Assembly (NCBI GenBank): GCA_964449145.1
Contig: CAYUYF010000009.1
Coordinates: 8,938 to 72,937 of the forward strand
Origin: an uncultured Gemmatimonadaceae bacterium
GTDB taxonomy: Bacteria > Gemmatimonadota > Gemmatimonadetes > Gemmatimonadales > GWC2-71-9
Direction of reading: 5' to 3'
DNA length: 64,000 bases
In this document: positions 1 through 8,228 of the stretch, piece after piece
How positions within the stretch are numbered: the first letter of the stretch is position 1
How the letters are laid out: each line of letters begins with the position of its first letter
Made by a program: the position numbers and the translations under genes
The notes under the pieces: model-generated
Told to the model about the DNA's origin: nothing
Seen by the model: only the letters and a program-made list of their open reading frames with translations
The model's database searches: none

Positions 1-318
1 GGTGTCGGCCTCGGCCTGCTCATCTGGGCCCGGGTGCATTTCTTCCGGACTGGGCAGGACCCCATTCCGTGGCGGTCCAGCCCGGAACTCATCTTCCAGG
101 GACCGTTCCGCTTCACCCGCAATCCGATGTACGTGGGGATGACCTTCTTCCAGGTCGGCTTCGGGGTGGCGCTCAGCAACCTGTGGATGGCGCTGTTCGC
201 CTTTCCCGCGCTCCTGATGGTGCACTTCATCGCGGTGCTGCCGGAGGAGCGGTATCTCAGCGAGAAGTTCGGGGAGAGTTACCGGTCGTACCTGACCCGG
301 GTCCGGCGATACATGTGA
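1..318 (+). CDS. Isoprenylcysteine carboxyl / phospholipid methyltransferase family membrane protein (5' end outside window)
   Basis: Frame 1 is open from the window edge to the TGA at 316-318; track ORF 34..318 is its Met-started tail. The C-terminal pattern F-R-F-T-R-N-P-M-Y-V-G ... LPEERYL..KFGE.Y..Y is typical of ICMT/PEMT-type methyltransferases. Confidence 0.7.
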   Translation, partial: GVGLGLLIWARVHFFRTGQDPIPWRSSPELIFQGPFRFTRNPMYVGMTFFQVGFGVALSNLWMALFAFPALLMVHFIAVLPEERYLSEKFGESYRSYLTRVRRYM

Positions 319-328
319 AAGCGCCGGG

Positions 329-1285
329 ATGATCAGCAGGAGGTGGGTTTTCCGGGTGGTGCTGGCTGTCATCGCCCTGCCTGTGGCCCTGATGCTGGGC
401 GCCGGTGTGTCCTTCTACGCCCTGATGTCCTGGTTGGCCCCCAATCGCCTCACCGGCAGCATCGTCTCCTTTGGCCAGGAGCGGGAGTACCTGCTCCACG
501 TCCCGACGCGGTACGATCCCTCCAGGCCCACACCGCTCGTCATCAGCCTCCACGGCGCGGCGCTCTGGCCCGCCACGCAGCGGGCATTCAGCCAGTGGAA
601 CCGGATGGCGGATGAGGGTGGGTTCATCGTGGTTTACCCATCAGGGACGACGCTGGACGGGAGCGGCACCGGCCTGCTGCCGTTCCGGGTGTGGCTGGCC
701 GAGCCCGGGGAGATCGTGACGGCCGACACCCGGTTCATCGCGGACCTGATCGATTCCCTGTCAGCGACGTACAACATCGACCCGGCGCGCATCTATGCCG
801 ACGGGTTCTCCAATGGCGGCGGCATGGCCTTCGCACTGTCGTGCACGCTGTCGGATCGGATCGCGGCGATCGGCATGGTCGCCGCCGCCCAGGCGCTCAC
901 CTGGAGCTGGTGCACCGACCAGCGCCCGGTGCCAGTCATCGCCTTTCACGGGACGGCCGATCCGCTGGTGGCGTACCGGGGCGCCGGAGCCTCGTGGCTC
1001 AACCCCAGGCCATTCCCCAGCATCCCGGATTTCATGGCGCACTGGGCCACCCGAAACCGCTGCCAGGGGGAGCCGGCCGACTCGGCGCTGACGCCTGAGG
1101 TGACGCGGCGGGAATACACCGGCTGCGCCGACAGCGCCGCGGTGGTGCTCTACACCGTCGAGGGAGGCGGCCACCAGTGGCCGGGCGGGAAGCCGATCCC
1201 GGCGTGGATGGCCGGGCGGATGGACCAGGGCCTGGATGCGACGCGGCTGATGTGGGAGTTCTACCGGGAGCACCCGCGGAGGTAG
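329..1285 (+). CDS. Secreted alpha/beta esterase, PHB-depolymerase/LpqC-like family
   Basis: 318-aa ORF with an N-terminal hydrophobic signal/anchor, a G-F-S-N-G nucleophile elbow, and LHGA and FHGTAD motifs characteristic of this esterase family. Confidence 0.7.
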   Translation: MISRRWVFRVVLAVIALPVALMLGAGVSFYALMSWLAPNRLTGSIVSFGQEREYLLHVPTRYDPSRPTPLVISLHGAALWPATQRAFSQWNRMADEGGFIVVYPSGTTLDGSGTGLLPFRVWLAEPGEIVTADTRFIADLIDSLSATYNIDPARIYADGFSNGGGMAFALSCTLSDRIAAIGMVAAAQALTWSWCTDQRPVPVIAFHGTADPLVAYRGAGASWLNPRPFPSIPDFMAHWATRNRCQGEPADSALTPEVTRREYTGCADSAAVVLYTVEGGGHQWPGGKPIPAWMAGRMDQGLDATRLMWEFYREHPRR

Positions 1286-1312
1286 GCGATTGGGCGATTG
1301 GGCGATTGGGCG
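1285..1312. repeat. Tandem 8-mer (GGCGATTG) x3 plus a partial unit, starting at the last base of the esterase stop codon
   Basis: Read directly: GGCGATTG at 1285-1292, 1293-1300 and 1301-1308, then GGCG. Confidence 0.9.
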
Positions 1313-1378
1313 CCCACGAAAACGCCCCGCCATCCTCTCGGACAGCGGGGCTCCCGCCAACAATCACTACTGGAACAG

Positions 1379-1452
<74 letters not shown>

Positions 1453-1455
1453 TTA

Positions 1456-1474
1456 GCGCCCCGGACCGGGGCGC
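1456..1474 (-). terminator. GC-rich hairpin between the acidic ORF and tRNA-Ile (possible terminator or processing site)
   Basis: GCGCCCCGG-A-CCGGGGCGC is a perfect inverted repeat. No U-tract follows, so the function is uncertain. Confidence 0.3.
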
Positions 1475-1549
1475 CAAACGGGCTGGGAGGATAGCCACTC
1501 ATCCCGGCGGAGGCAAGCGGCTGCCGGCCGGGCGCCGCCGCCGGCGGAC

Positions 1550-1768
1550 TCAGTTCTCCTCTTCCTCCGGCGTCTCCACATCGACGTCGTCAATGTCATC
1601 GTCGAGGTCGTCGTCGAAGTCATCATCCTCTTCGTCGAGCTCCTCGTCCAGTTCGTCGTCCTCGTCGTCGTCGTCAAACGAAAACGCCTCTTCATCGTCC
1701 TCGAAGTCGTCGTCGTCCCGGCGGCGGCGCAGGGTGATGGCGCCCACCGGGGATTCCCACGGCAACAT
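1550..1768 (-). CDS. Hyper-acidic small protein (72 aa from ATG 1768; 84 aa if the GTG at 1804 is used)
   Basis: ATG at 1768 is preceded by GGAGG with 5-nt spacing. The product is MLPWESPVGAITLRRRR followed by 55 residues of which 40 are D/E. Codons are mostly GAC/GAG, whereas the antisense frame is poly-Ser. No family recognised. Confidence 0.5.
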   Translation of the reverse strand: MLPWESPVGAITLRRRRDDDDFEDDEEAFSFDDDDEDDELDEELDEEDDDFDDDLDDDIDDVDVETPEEEEN

Positions 1769-1800
1769 GAAGGCCTCCGTCATGGGGGGGTGAAGGGGTG

Positions 1801-3663
1801 TCACGATGCATCCGCCGCGCGGGCGGCCGCCCGGGCGATCTTCTTCCGGTCCGTCGCCGCGAGCGCGCGCTTGCGGAGCCGGATGGACTTGGGAGTCACT
1901 TCGATCAATTCATCTTCCTCGATGTATTCCAGCGCGTACTCCAGGGTGATCTGCCGCGGCGTCTCCAGCTGGATGTTCTCATCCGACGCGGTGGTGCGCA
2001 TGTTGGTGAGCTTCTTTTCCTTGGCCACGTTGACGTCCATGTCGCCGGGACGGGAGTTCTCGCCGCAGATCATCCCCTCGTACACCTCGTTGCCGGGGGA
2101 GATGAACATCTGGGCCCGCTCCTGCAGGTTCCACAGGGCGAAGCCGACGGCCTCTCCCACCCGGTCTGCCACCAGGACGCCGTTCTTCCGCCCCGCCAGC
2201 GGCCCCGCCCAGGGACCGTAGTCCAGGAAGCGGTGGTGCAGCGTGCCGGTGCCGCGGGTGTCGGTCAGGAACTCCGACCGGTAGCCGAACAGGCCGCGGG
2301 CGGGGATGCGGAACAGCATACGCACCATGCCCTGCCCCGGATTCTTCATTTCCAGCAGCTCCGCCCGGCGCGGGCCCAGCTTCTCGATGACGGTGCCGAT
2401 GTAGCTCTCCGGCACATCCGCCATCAGCTCCTCGTACGGCTCCTGCCGCTCTCCGTCGGGGCCCACCTTGGTGATGACCCGGGGCCGGGACACCTGGAAC
2501 TCGTAGCCCTCGCGCCGCATCGTCTCCATCAGGATGCCCAGGTGCAGCTCCCCGCGTCCCGAGACCTGCCAGGTGTCGGGGCTGTCGGTGTCGTCCACCT
2601 TGAGCGCGACGTTCCGTTCCAGCTCGCGGAACAGGCGGTCCCGGACCTGACGGCTGGTGACGAACTTCCCCTCCCGTCCCGCGAAGGGGGAGTTGTTGAC
2701 GATGACGTCCACCGACATCGTCGGCTCTTCCACCGCGATGCCTTCCAGCCGCTCGGGGTGATCCACCGCGGTGATGGTCCGGCCGATCTCGATCCCCTCG
2801 ATCCCGGCGATGACCACGATATCCCCGGCGCTCACCTCTTCCGCGTCCACCTTGTTGAGCCCGTCGAAGGTCATGAGCTTGGTGATACGGCCGCGGGGGA
2901 GGTTCTCCTCGGCGACCATCCCCGGCTCGCCGATGGGGAGCAGGGCCACCTCCTGGCCCACCCGCACCCGGCCCCGCTCCACCCGCCCGATCCCCATCCG
3001 CCCCACGAAGGTGGAGAAGTCCAGGGTCGAGATCAGCATCTGGAACGGGCCTTCGGCCTCTCCGGTCGGCGCCGGCACATGCGAGAGGATCGCCTCGAAC
3101 AGCGGATCCAGGGTGGTGCCCGGCTGGTCCAGCTCCACCGTCGCGGTGCCGTGCCGGCTCGAGGTATAGAGGAACGGCGCCTCCAGCTGCTCGTGGCTCG
3201 CCTCGAGATCGATGAACAGGCCGAGCACTTCATCGTGGACGCGGAGCGGCTCCGCGTCCTGACGGTCGATCTTGTTGATGGCGACGATGGGCTGGTGACC
3301 CAGCGCCAGCGCCTTCCGGGTGACAAACCGGGTCTGGGGCATGGGCCCCTCGGCGGCGTCCACCAGGATCAGCACGCCGTCCACCATGCGGAGGATGCGC
3401 TCGACCTCACCGCCGAAGTCGGCGTGGCCGGGGGTGTCCACGATGTTGATCTTGGTGTCGCCCCAGCGGACCGCGGTGTTCTTGGCGAGGATGGTGATGC
3501 CGCGCTCCCGCTCCAGCGGGTTGGAGTCCATCACCCGCTCTTCTACGTGCTGGTTGGCCCGGAACGCACCAGCCTGCCGCAGCATCTGATCCACGAGGGT
3601 GGTCTTGCCGTGGTCCACGTGGGCGATGATGGCGATGTTGCGGATGTTGCGGTTCTGGGACAT
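1801..3663 (-). CDS. typA: Translational GTPase TypA/BipA
   Basis: [25 protein letters not shown] (G1), DTPGHADF (G3), NKID (G4), and an EF-G-like domain order. I start at ATG 3663; the upstream 72 codons of the track ORF are an R/P/G-rich extension without homology. Confidence 0.95.
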   Translation of the reverse strand: MSQNRNIRNIAIIAHVDHGKTTLVDQMLRQAGAFRANQHVEERVMDSNPLERERGITILAKNTAVRWGDTKINIVDTPGHADFGGEVERILRMVDGVLILVDAAEGPMPQTRFVTRKALALGHQPIVAINKIDRQDAEPLRVHDEVLGLFIDLEASHEQLEAPFLYTSSRHGTATVELDQPGTTLDPLFEAILSHVPAPTGEAEGPFQMLISTLDFSTFVGRMGIGRVERGRVRVGQEVALLPIGEPGMVAEENLPRGRITKLMTFDGLNKVDAEEVSAGDIVVIAGIEGIEIGRTITAVDHPERLEGIAVEEPTMSVDVIVNNSPFAGREGKFVTSRQVRDRLFRELERNVALKVDDTDSPDTWQVSGRGELHLGILMETMRREGYEFQVSRPRVITKVGPDGERQEPYEELMADVPESYIGTVIEKLGPRRAELLEMKNPGQGMVRMLFRIPARGLFGYRSEFLTDTRGTGTLHHRFLDYGPWAGPLAGRKNGVLVADRVGEAVGFALWNLQERAQMFISPGNEVYEGMICGENSRPGDMDVNVAKEKKLTNMRTTASDENIQLETPRQITLEYALEYIEEDELIEVTPKSIRLRKRALAATDRKKIARAAARAADAS

Positions 3664-3751
3664 CGGTCCGTCTCGTCTGAGTCCGTCGCGGCCCCACCCG
3701 GGTACCGCGCGGCATATATAGACAGGGCGGGGACTGGGAGCAAGGGCGAAC

Positions 3752-5023
3752 CTAGACCCGGACCCGCACCGCCTCCGCATGGCCGAACAGGCCCTCCGAT
3801 TCGGCCAGCGCGATGATCCGCTGGGCGTCGGTAAACAGCCGGTCCCGGGTGTAATAGACGATGCTGGTCCGCCGCACAAAATCGTAGACGCCGAGGGGGG
3901 AGGCGTGCCGGGCGGTGCCGCCGGTGGGGAGGACGTGGCTCGGGCCGGCGATGTAGTCGCCGACCGGCTCGGGGGTACCGTCGCCCAGGAAGATGGCGCC
4001 GGCGTGCTTGACCCCTTCGGCCACGTTCTCCGGGTCCCGGGTGATGATCTCGAGGTGTTCCGGGGCCCGGAGGTTGACCACCTTCACCGCGTCCTGCAGG
4101 GTCGGCACCCAGACGATGAGGCCGTTCCGCTCCAGGGCGGTCCGGGCGATGGCGGCGCGGGGGTTCTTCTCGAGGTGCTGCTCGATGGCGGCGGGCACCT
4201 GGTCGGCCAGCTCGAGGTCGGTGGTGATGAGCCAGCTGCTGGCGTCCTCGTCGTGCTCCGCCTGGGCGATGAGGTCGGCGGCCACCCACTCGGCCTTGGC
4301 GGTGGAGTCGGCGATGATCACCAGCTCGGTGGGCCCGGCGATCATGTCGATGCCTACCGGGCCGGCCACCTGGCGCTTGGCCTCCGCCACCCACTTGTTG
4401 CCCGGCCCCACGATCTTGTCCACCCGCCGGATGGTCTCGGTGCCGTACGCCAGCGCGGCGATCCCCTGCACCCCTCCGATGCGATAGAGCTTTGTCACTC
4501 CCGCCAGCAGGCAGGCGGCCAGGACCGTGTCGGTGATGCCCTGGGGCGGGGTCACCGCGATGATCTCCTCCACTCCCGCCACCACCGCCGGCACCGCGTT
4601 CATGATGACGGTGGAGGGGTAGGCCGCCTTGCCGCCCGGCACGTACAGGCCCACCCGCTCCAGCGGGGTCACCCGCATGCCGAGGATGCTGCCGTCCTCC
4701 TCCAGGACGGTGAAGCCGGGGTCCCGCTGGCGCACGTGGTAGTCGCGTACCCGGACCACGGCGGTCTCCAGCGCCTCCCGCACTTCGAGGTCGATCCGCT
4801 CCAGCGCGTCCTCCCACGCGGACCGGGGCAGCTCCCACTGGGCAGGGGACAGATCGGCCCCGTCGAGGGTCTTGGTCCAGTGCCGGACGGCCTCGTCGCC
4901 CCGTTCGGCGACGTCGGCGAGGATGGCCGCGACCCGTTCCCGGGTGGCGGCATCGGTCTGCTGCGGCTTGGGCAGGAACGGCTCCAGCCGGTCGAACGGC
5001 GGGACGGCAAGTTGGCGCATCAT
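3752..5023 (-). CDS. hisD: Histidinol dehydrogenase
   Basis: About 424 aa from MMRQLAVPPF. It contains IGGVQGIAALAYGTE, GPGNKWVAEAK, AQAEHD and LPTGGTARH, which are HisD hallmark segments. The N-terminal 74 codons of the track ORF are rejected. Confidence 0.95.
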   Translation of the reverse strand: MMRQLAVPPFDRLEPFLPKPQQTDAATRERVAAILADVAERGDEAVRHWTKTLDGADLSPAQWELPRSAWEDALERIDLEVREALETAVVRVRDYHVRQRDPGFTVLEEDGSILGMRVTPLERVGLYVPGGKAAYPSTVIMNAVPAVVAGVEEIIAVTPPQGITDTVLAACLLAGVTKLYRIGGVQGIAALAYGTETIRRVDKIVGPGNKWVAEAKRQVAGPVGIDMIAGPTELVIIADSTAKAEWVAADLIAQAEHDEDASSWLITTDLELADQVPAAIEQHLEKNPRAAIARTALERNGLIVWVPTLQDAVKVVNLRAPEHLEIITRDPENVAEGVKHAGAIFLGDGTPEPVGDYIAGPSHVLPTGGTARHASPLGVYDFVRRTSIVYYTRDRLFTDAQRIIALAESEGLFGHAEAVRVRV

Positions 5024-5069
5024 GCGTTGCCCTCGCGGGCGATGGTCGGGTCGGCTAGAATCAGCGGAT

Positions 5070-6407
5070 ATGGAACCGCCGGAAAGTAGCTGGATCGCCG
5101 TCAAACTGGCGTCCGTGATCCTGTTGGTCCTCCTGAACGCCTTCTTCGTGGCCGCCGAGTTCGCCCTGGTTGGCGCCCGCCGGACCCGACTGGAGGAGCT
5201 GGCCCTCCGGGGCGACCGCAAGGCCGCCCTGGCCCACCGGGCCACCCAGTCGCTGGACCGCTACATCTCCGCCACCCAGCTGGGCATCACCCTGGCCTCG
5301 CTCGGCCTGGGGTGGATCGGCGAGCCGGCGCTGGCGGGGCTGATCGAGGGTGCCTTCACCTGGCTCCCCGCCGGCCTGCAGCCGGTGGCGGTGCACACGG
5401 TGGCGGTGGTCATCGCCTTCACGATCATCAGCGCGCTGCACATCATCCTGGGCGAGCTGGTGCCGAAGGCGCTGGCGCTGCTCTTCCCCGAGGCGGTGAG
5501 CGGCTGGGTGGTGGTCCCGCTGATGGCCTTTGCCTGGGTGATGCAGCTCCCTATCTGGATGCTCAACGGCACCGCCAACTGGCTGCTCCGGCTGTGCGGC
5601 ATCAAGCCGCCCGGCGAGCATGAGCGGCTGCACTCCCCCGACGAGATCCGGATGCTGGTGGAGCAGAGCGAGGTGGGCGGCAGCCTGGGGAAGGAGGACG
5701 CCCGGCTGCTGGAGGGGGTCTTTGAGTTCAGCGAGAAGACCGCCCAGGAGGTGATGACCCCCCGCACCCAGATGGTGGCGCTGGAGCGGGATCTCACCGT
5801 GGAGGCGGCCGCCGATGTCGTGGCGGAGGCCCGGCGCTCCCGCTACCCCGTCTACAGCGAATCCCTGGACGACATCGTGGGCGTGGTGCACGCCAAGGAG
5901 ATCCTGACGGCGGTCCGGCAGCAGCCGGGTAGCGAGGTGGGCAGGATCATGCGGCCGCCGCTGTTCGTGCCCGGCACCCGCGAGGTGGAGGATGTGCTGG
6001 CGGACATGAAACGGCTCAAGGTGCACCTGGCGATGGTGCTGGATGAGTACGGCGGCACCGCCGGCCTGGTCACCATGGAGGACCTGCTGGAGGAGATCGT
6101 CGGCGACATCTTCGACGAGTACGACCAGCCGGACCGCCCGGGGCCGGTGGCGGAAGGGGCACCGGTCATCGACGGCAGCCTGGCGATCTCCGACTTCAAC
6201 GCCGAGCACGACCTGCAGCTGGACGACTCCGACTACACCACCCTGGGCGGCTATCTCTTCGGCCAGCTGGGACGGTTGCCCCGCCTCGGCGACCGGGTGA
6301 CGGCGGGCCTGGACGCCTTCGAGATCGTCGAGATGGACGGCCGCCGGGTCAAGTCGGTGCGGTACCTCGTCGGGGGCGGCGCCCCCCTGGCCAAACCAGC
6401 AGGATGA
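5070..6407 (+). CDS. CNNM/TlyC-family membrane protein (DUF21 + CBS pair + CorC_HlyC domains)
   Basis: It starts at MEPPESSWIAVKLASVILLVLLNAFFVAAEFAL (DUF21), followed by the CBS-pair region (VMTPRTQMV...YPVY...GVVHAKEIL) and a C-terminal transporter-associated domain. The stop overlaps the hisZ start (ATGA at 6404-6407). Confidence 0.85.
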   Translation: MEPPESSWIAVKLASVILLVLLNAFFVAAEFALVGARRTRLEELALRGDRKAALAHRATQSLDRYISATQLGITLASLGLGWIGEPALAGLIEGAFTWLPAGLQPVAVHTVAVVIAFTIISALHIILGELVPKALALLFPEAVSGWVVVPLMAFAWVMQLPIWMLNGTANWLLRLCGIKPPGEHERLHSPDEIRMLVEQSEVGGSLGKEDARLLEGVFEFSEKTAQEVMTPRTQMVALERDLTVEAAADVVAEARRSRYPVYSESLDDIVGVVHAKEILTAVRQQPGSEVGRIMRPPLFVPGTREVEDVLADMKRLKVHLAMVLDEYGGTAGLVTMEDLLEEIVGDIFDEYDQPDRPGPVAEGAPVIDGSLAISDFNAEHDLQLDDSDYTTLGGYLFGQLGRLPRLGDRVTAGLDAFEIVEMDGRRVKSVRYLVGGGAPLAKPAG

Positions 6408-7372
6408 ACCGGCCGGTCGCCGTCATCCCGCCCGGGTCGCTGGACCTCACCGGGCCGGCCGCCGCCCTGCGCCGCCGGCTGCAGCGCATCGCCGCCGACC
6501 AACTCGAAGCCGCCGGCTACGCGGAACTGCTCCCACCGACCTTTGAGTACGAGGAGGTCTTCCTCCGGGCGGGTGGGCCGCAGGTGGCGGAGCGGCTGAT
6601 CCGCTTCACCGACCGGGACGGCCGGGTGCTGGCGCTCCGCTACGACTTCACCGCCAGCCTGGCCCGAGTGGCCGCCACCACCTTCCGCACGGCCCCCCGC
6701 CCGCTCCGGCTGTGCTACAGCGGCAACGTGTTCCGCCAGGAACCCGACCGGGGCGGGCGCCCGCGCGAGACGCTGCAGGCCGGCGCCGAACTGCTGGGCC
6801 AGGGCGACATCGCCGCCGACGTGGAGATCGTCCGCCTCACACTGGCGCTGGCCCGCGCCGTGGGCCTCACCGACTTCCAGCTCAACCTGGGGCATGTCGG
6901 AGTGCTGGCACCGGGGCTGGGCGCGCTGCCGGAGGCGCTGCGGGCCGCCGTCTGGCGCTGGATCGACCGGAAGGACCGTGGCAACCTCACCCGCGCCCTC
7001 GCCGATGCCGGGGTCGAGTCGCAGGGGCTGGCCGCGCTCGCCTTTGTGATCGGCCGCCGCGAGGCGCTGGAGGAGGCCCGGAACGGGGCTTCTCCCGCGG
7101 TGCGGCCCGGACTCGACCACCTGCTGGCGCTGGACTCGCTGCTCACCCCGGAGGAGCGGGCGCACGTGGTGTACGACCTGGGCGAAGTCCGCGGACTCGA
7201 CTACTACACCGGCATTCACTTCGAGCTGTTCGCCGCCGGCGCCCGCCGCGCCATCGGTGCCGGCGGCCGCTACGACGACCTCATGGGCCGTTTCGGAGCG
7301 CCGATGCCCGCCGTGGGGGTGTCGCTCGACCTGGACGGCCTGGCCGAAGCCACCGGGGGGGAGGGACGATGA
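6404..7372 (+). CDS. hisZ: ATP phosphoribosyltransferase regulatory subunit (HisRS-like)
   Basis: 322 aa with a class-II aaRS-like core (LRYDFT, GGRYD). It lies directly upstream of, and overlaps (ATGA at 7369-7372), a short-form hisG. Confidence 0.85.
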   Translation: MNRPVAVIPPGSLDLTGPAAALRRRLQRIAADQLEAAGYAELLPPTFEYEEVFLRAGGPQVAERLIRFTDRDGRVLALRYDFTASLARVAATTFRTAPRPLRLCYSGNVFRQEPDRGGRPRETLQAGAELLGQGDIAADVEIVRLTLALARAVGLTDFQLNLGHVGVLAPGLGALPEALRAAVWRWIDRKDRGNLTRALADAGVESQGLAALAFVIGRREALEEARNGASPAVRPGLDHLLALDSLLTPEERAHVVYDLGEVRGLDYYTGIHFELFAAGARRAIGAGGRYDDLMGRFGAPMPAVGVSLDLDGLAEATGGEGR

Positions 7373-7995
7373 GTCCCGCCCGGCTCCGGGTGGCGCTCGC
7401 CAAGGGGCGGCTCTACCAGCCGGCGGTGGAGGCGTTCGCCAGGGTGGGGATCGTCATCGACGCCGATCCCGGCCGGCGGCTCCTGATCCCCTCCAGCGAT
7501 CCGGGGATCGAGTTCCTGGTGGTGAAGCCAGCGGACGTGGCGGTCTACGTGGAGTCCGGCGCCGCCGATTTCGGGGTGACCGGCACCGACGTGCTCCGGG
7601 AGAGCGACGCCGATGTGCTGGAGCCGCTGGAGCTGGGCTTCGGCGCCTGCCGGCTGGTGGTGGCGGCCCCGGCGGACAGCCCCTTCCCCCGGCTGCCCGG
7701 CGGGCGGACGGCGCGGGTGGCCACCAAGTATCCCCGCCTCGCCTGGCGGCACTTCGCCGAGTCGGGGCGGCCGGTGGAGATCGTCGAGGTGCAGGGGTCG
7801 GTGGAGGTAGCGCCGCTGCTCGGCCTGGCCCACTGGATCGTGGACCTGGTGGACACGGGGAACACGCTCAAGGCCAACGGCCTGGCGGAGCGGGAGACGA
7901 TCCTGCAGGTGGGCGCGGTGCTGGTGGCCAACCGGGCGAGCCAGAAACTCAAGCTGGAACAACACCTGGCGCTGATGCGGCGGCTGGGGGCCTGA
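7369..7995 (+). CDS. hisG: ATP phosphoribosyltransferase, short form
   Basis: 208 aa: LRVALAKGRL...VKPADVAVYVESGAADFGVTGTDVL...LVDTGNTLKANGL. Only the last third of track ORF 6712..7995 is genuine. Confidence 0.9.
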   Translation: MSPARLRVALAKGRLYQPAVEAFARVGIVIDADPGRRLLIPSSDPGIEFLVVKPADVAVYVESGAADFGVTGTDVLRESDADVLEPLELGFGACRLVVAAPADSPFPRLPGGRTARVATKYPRLAWRHFAESGRPVEIVEVQGSVEVAPLLGLAHWIVDLVDTGNTLKANGLAERETILQVGAVLVANRASQKLKLEQHLALMRRLGA

Positions 7996-8228
7996 GGGTC
8001 AGCCGCGGAGGCCCGGTTGGGGTGGCAGCTTCGAGCCCCGCGCCCTGACCCGGCACCCACCCACGAAAACCCTCGCGATGGCCGCCCTGCGAGGATGGTG
8101 AGTCGCCAGCGACGTCCCTCCGCGCCCTTCGCGTCTTCGCGGTGGGCTTTTCTCTGTGCCCTCTGTGCCCGCCCTGCCTCCGTGAAACTCGCGAAGTCCT
8201 CTGCGACCCTCCACGCCTCCGCGGTGAA

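Noticed and set aside
1798-3816. 672-aa plus-strand ORF
   Set aside because: It is exactly antisense to typA. The translation is R/G/P/H/A/L-rich with no motifs, which is the typical shadow ORF of high-GC DNA. The minus strand encodes an unmistakable TypA.
3664-3879. N-terminal extension of the typA track ORF. Similar extensions occur for hisD (5024..5245), mfd (17100..17615), uvrA (45948..47072), pckG (37498..38274), hisG (6712..7368) and the GGDEF gene (36434..36730).
   Set aside because: The extensions are Arg/Pro-rich, overlap neighbouring real genes or intergenic DNA, and precede starts that align with the conserved family N-termini. Several of those starts have SD sequences or ATGA/GTGA coupling.
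7996-8228. 233-bp convergent intergenic region between hisG and the GT39-like gene, with track ORFs 8017..8343 and 7999..8214 and small repeats (CTCTGTGCCC x2, hairpin CCTCGC...GCGAGG)
   Set aside because: The ORF translations are Arg/Pro/Ser-rich junk that overlaps the GT39-like gene. The hairpins are short and are most simply terminators. There is no convincing ncRNA signature.
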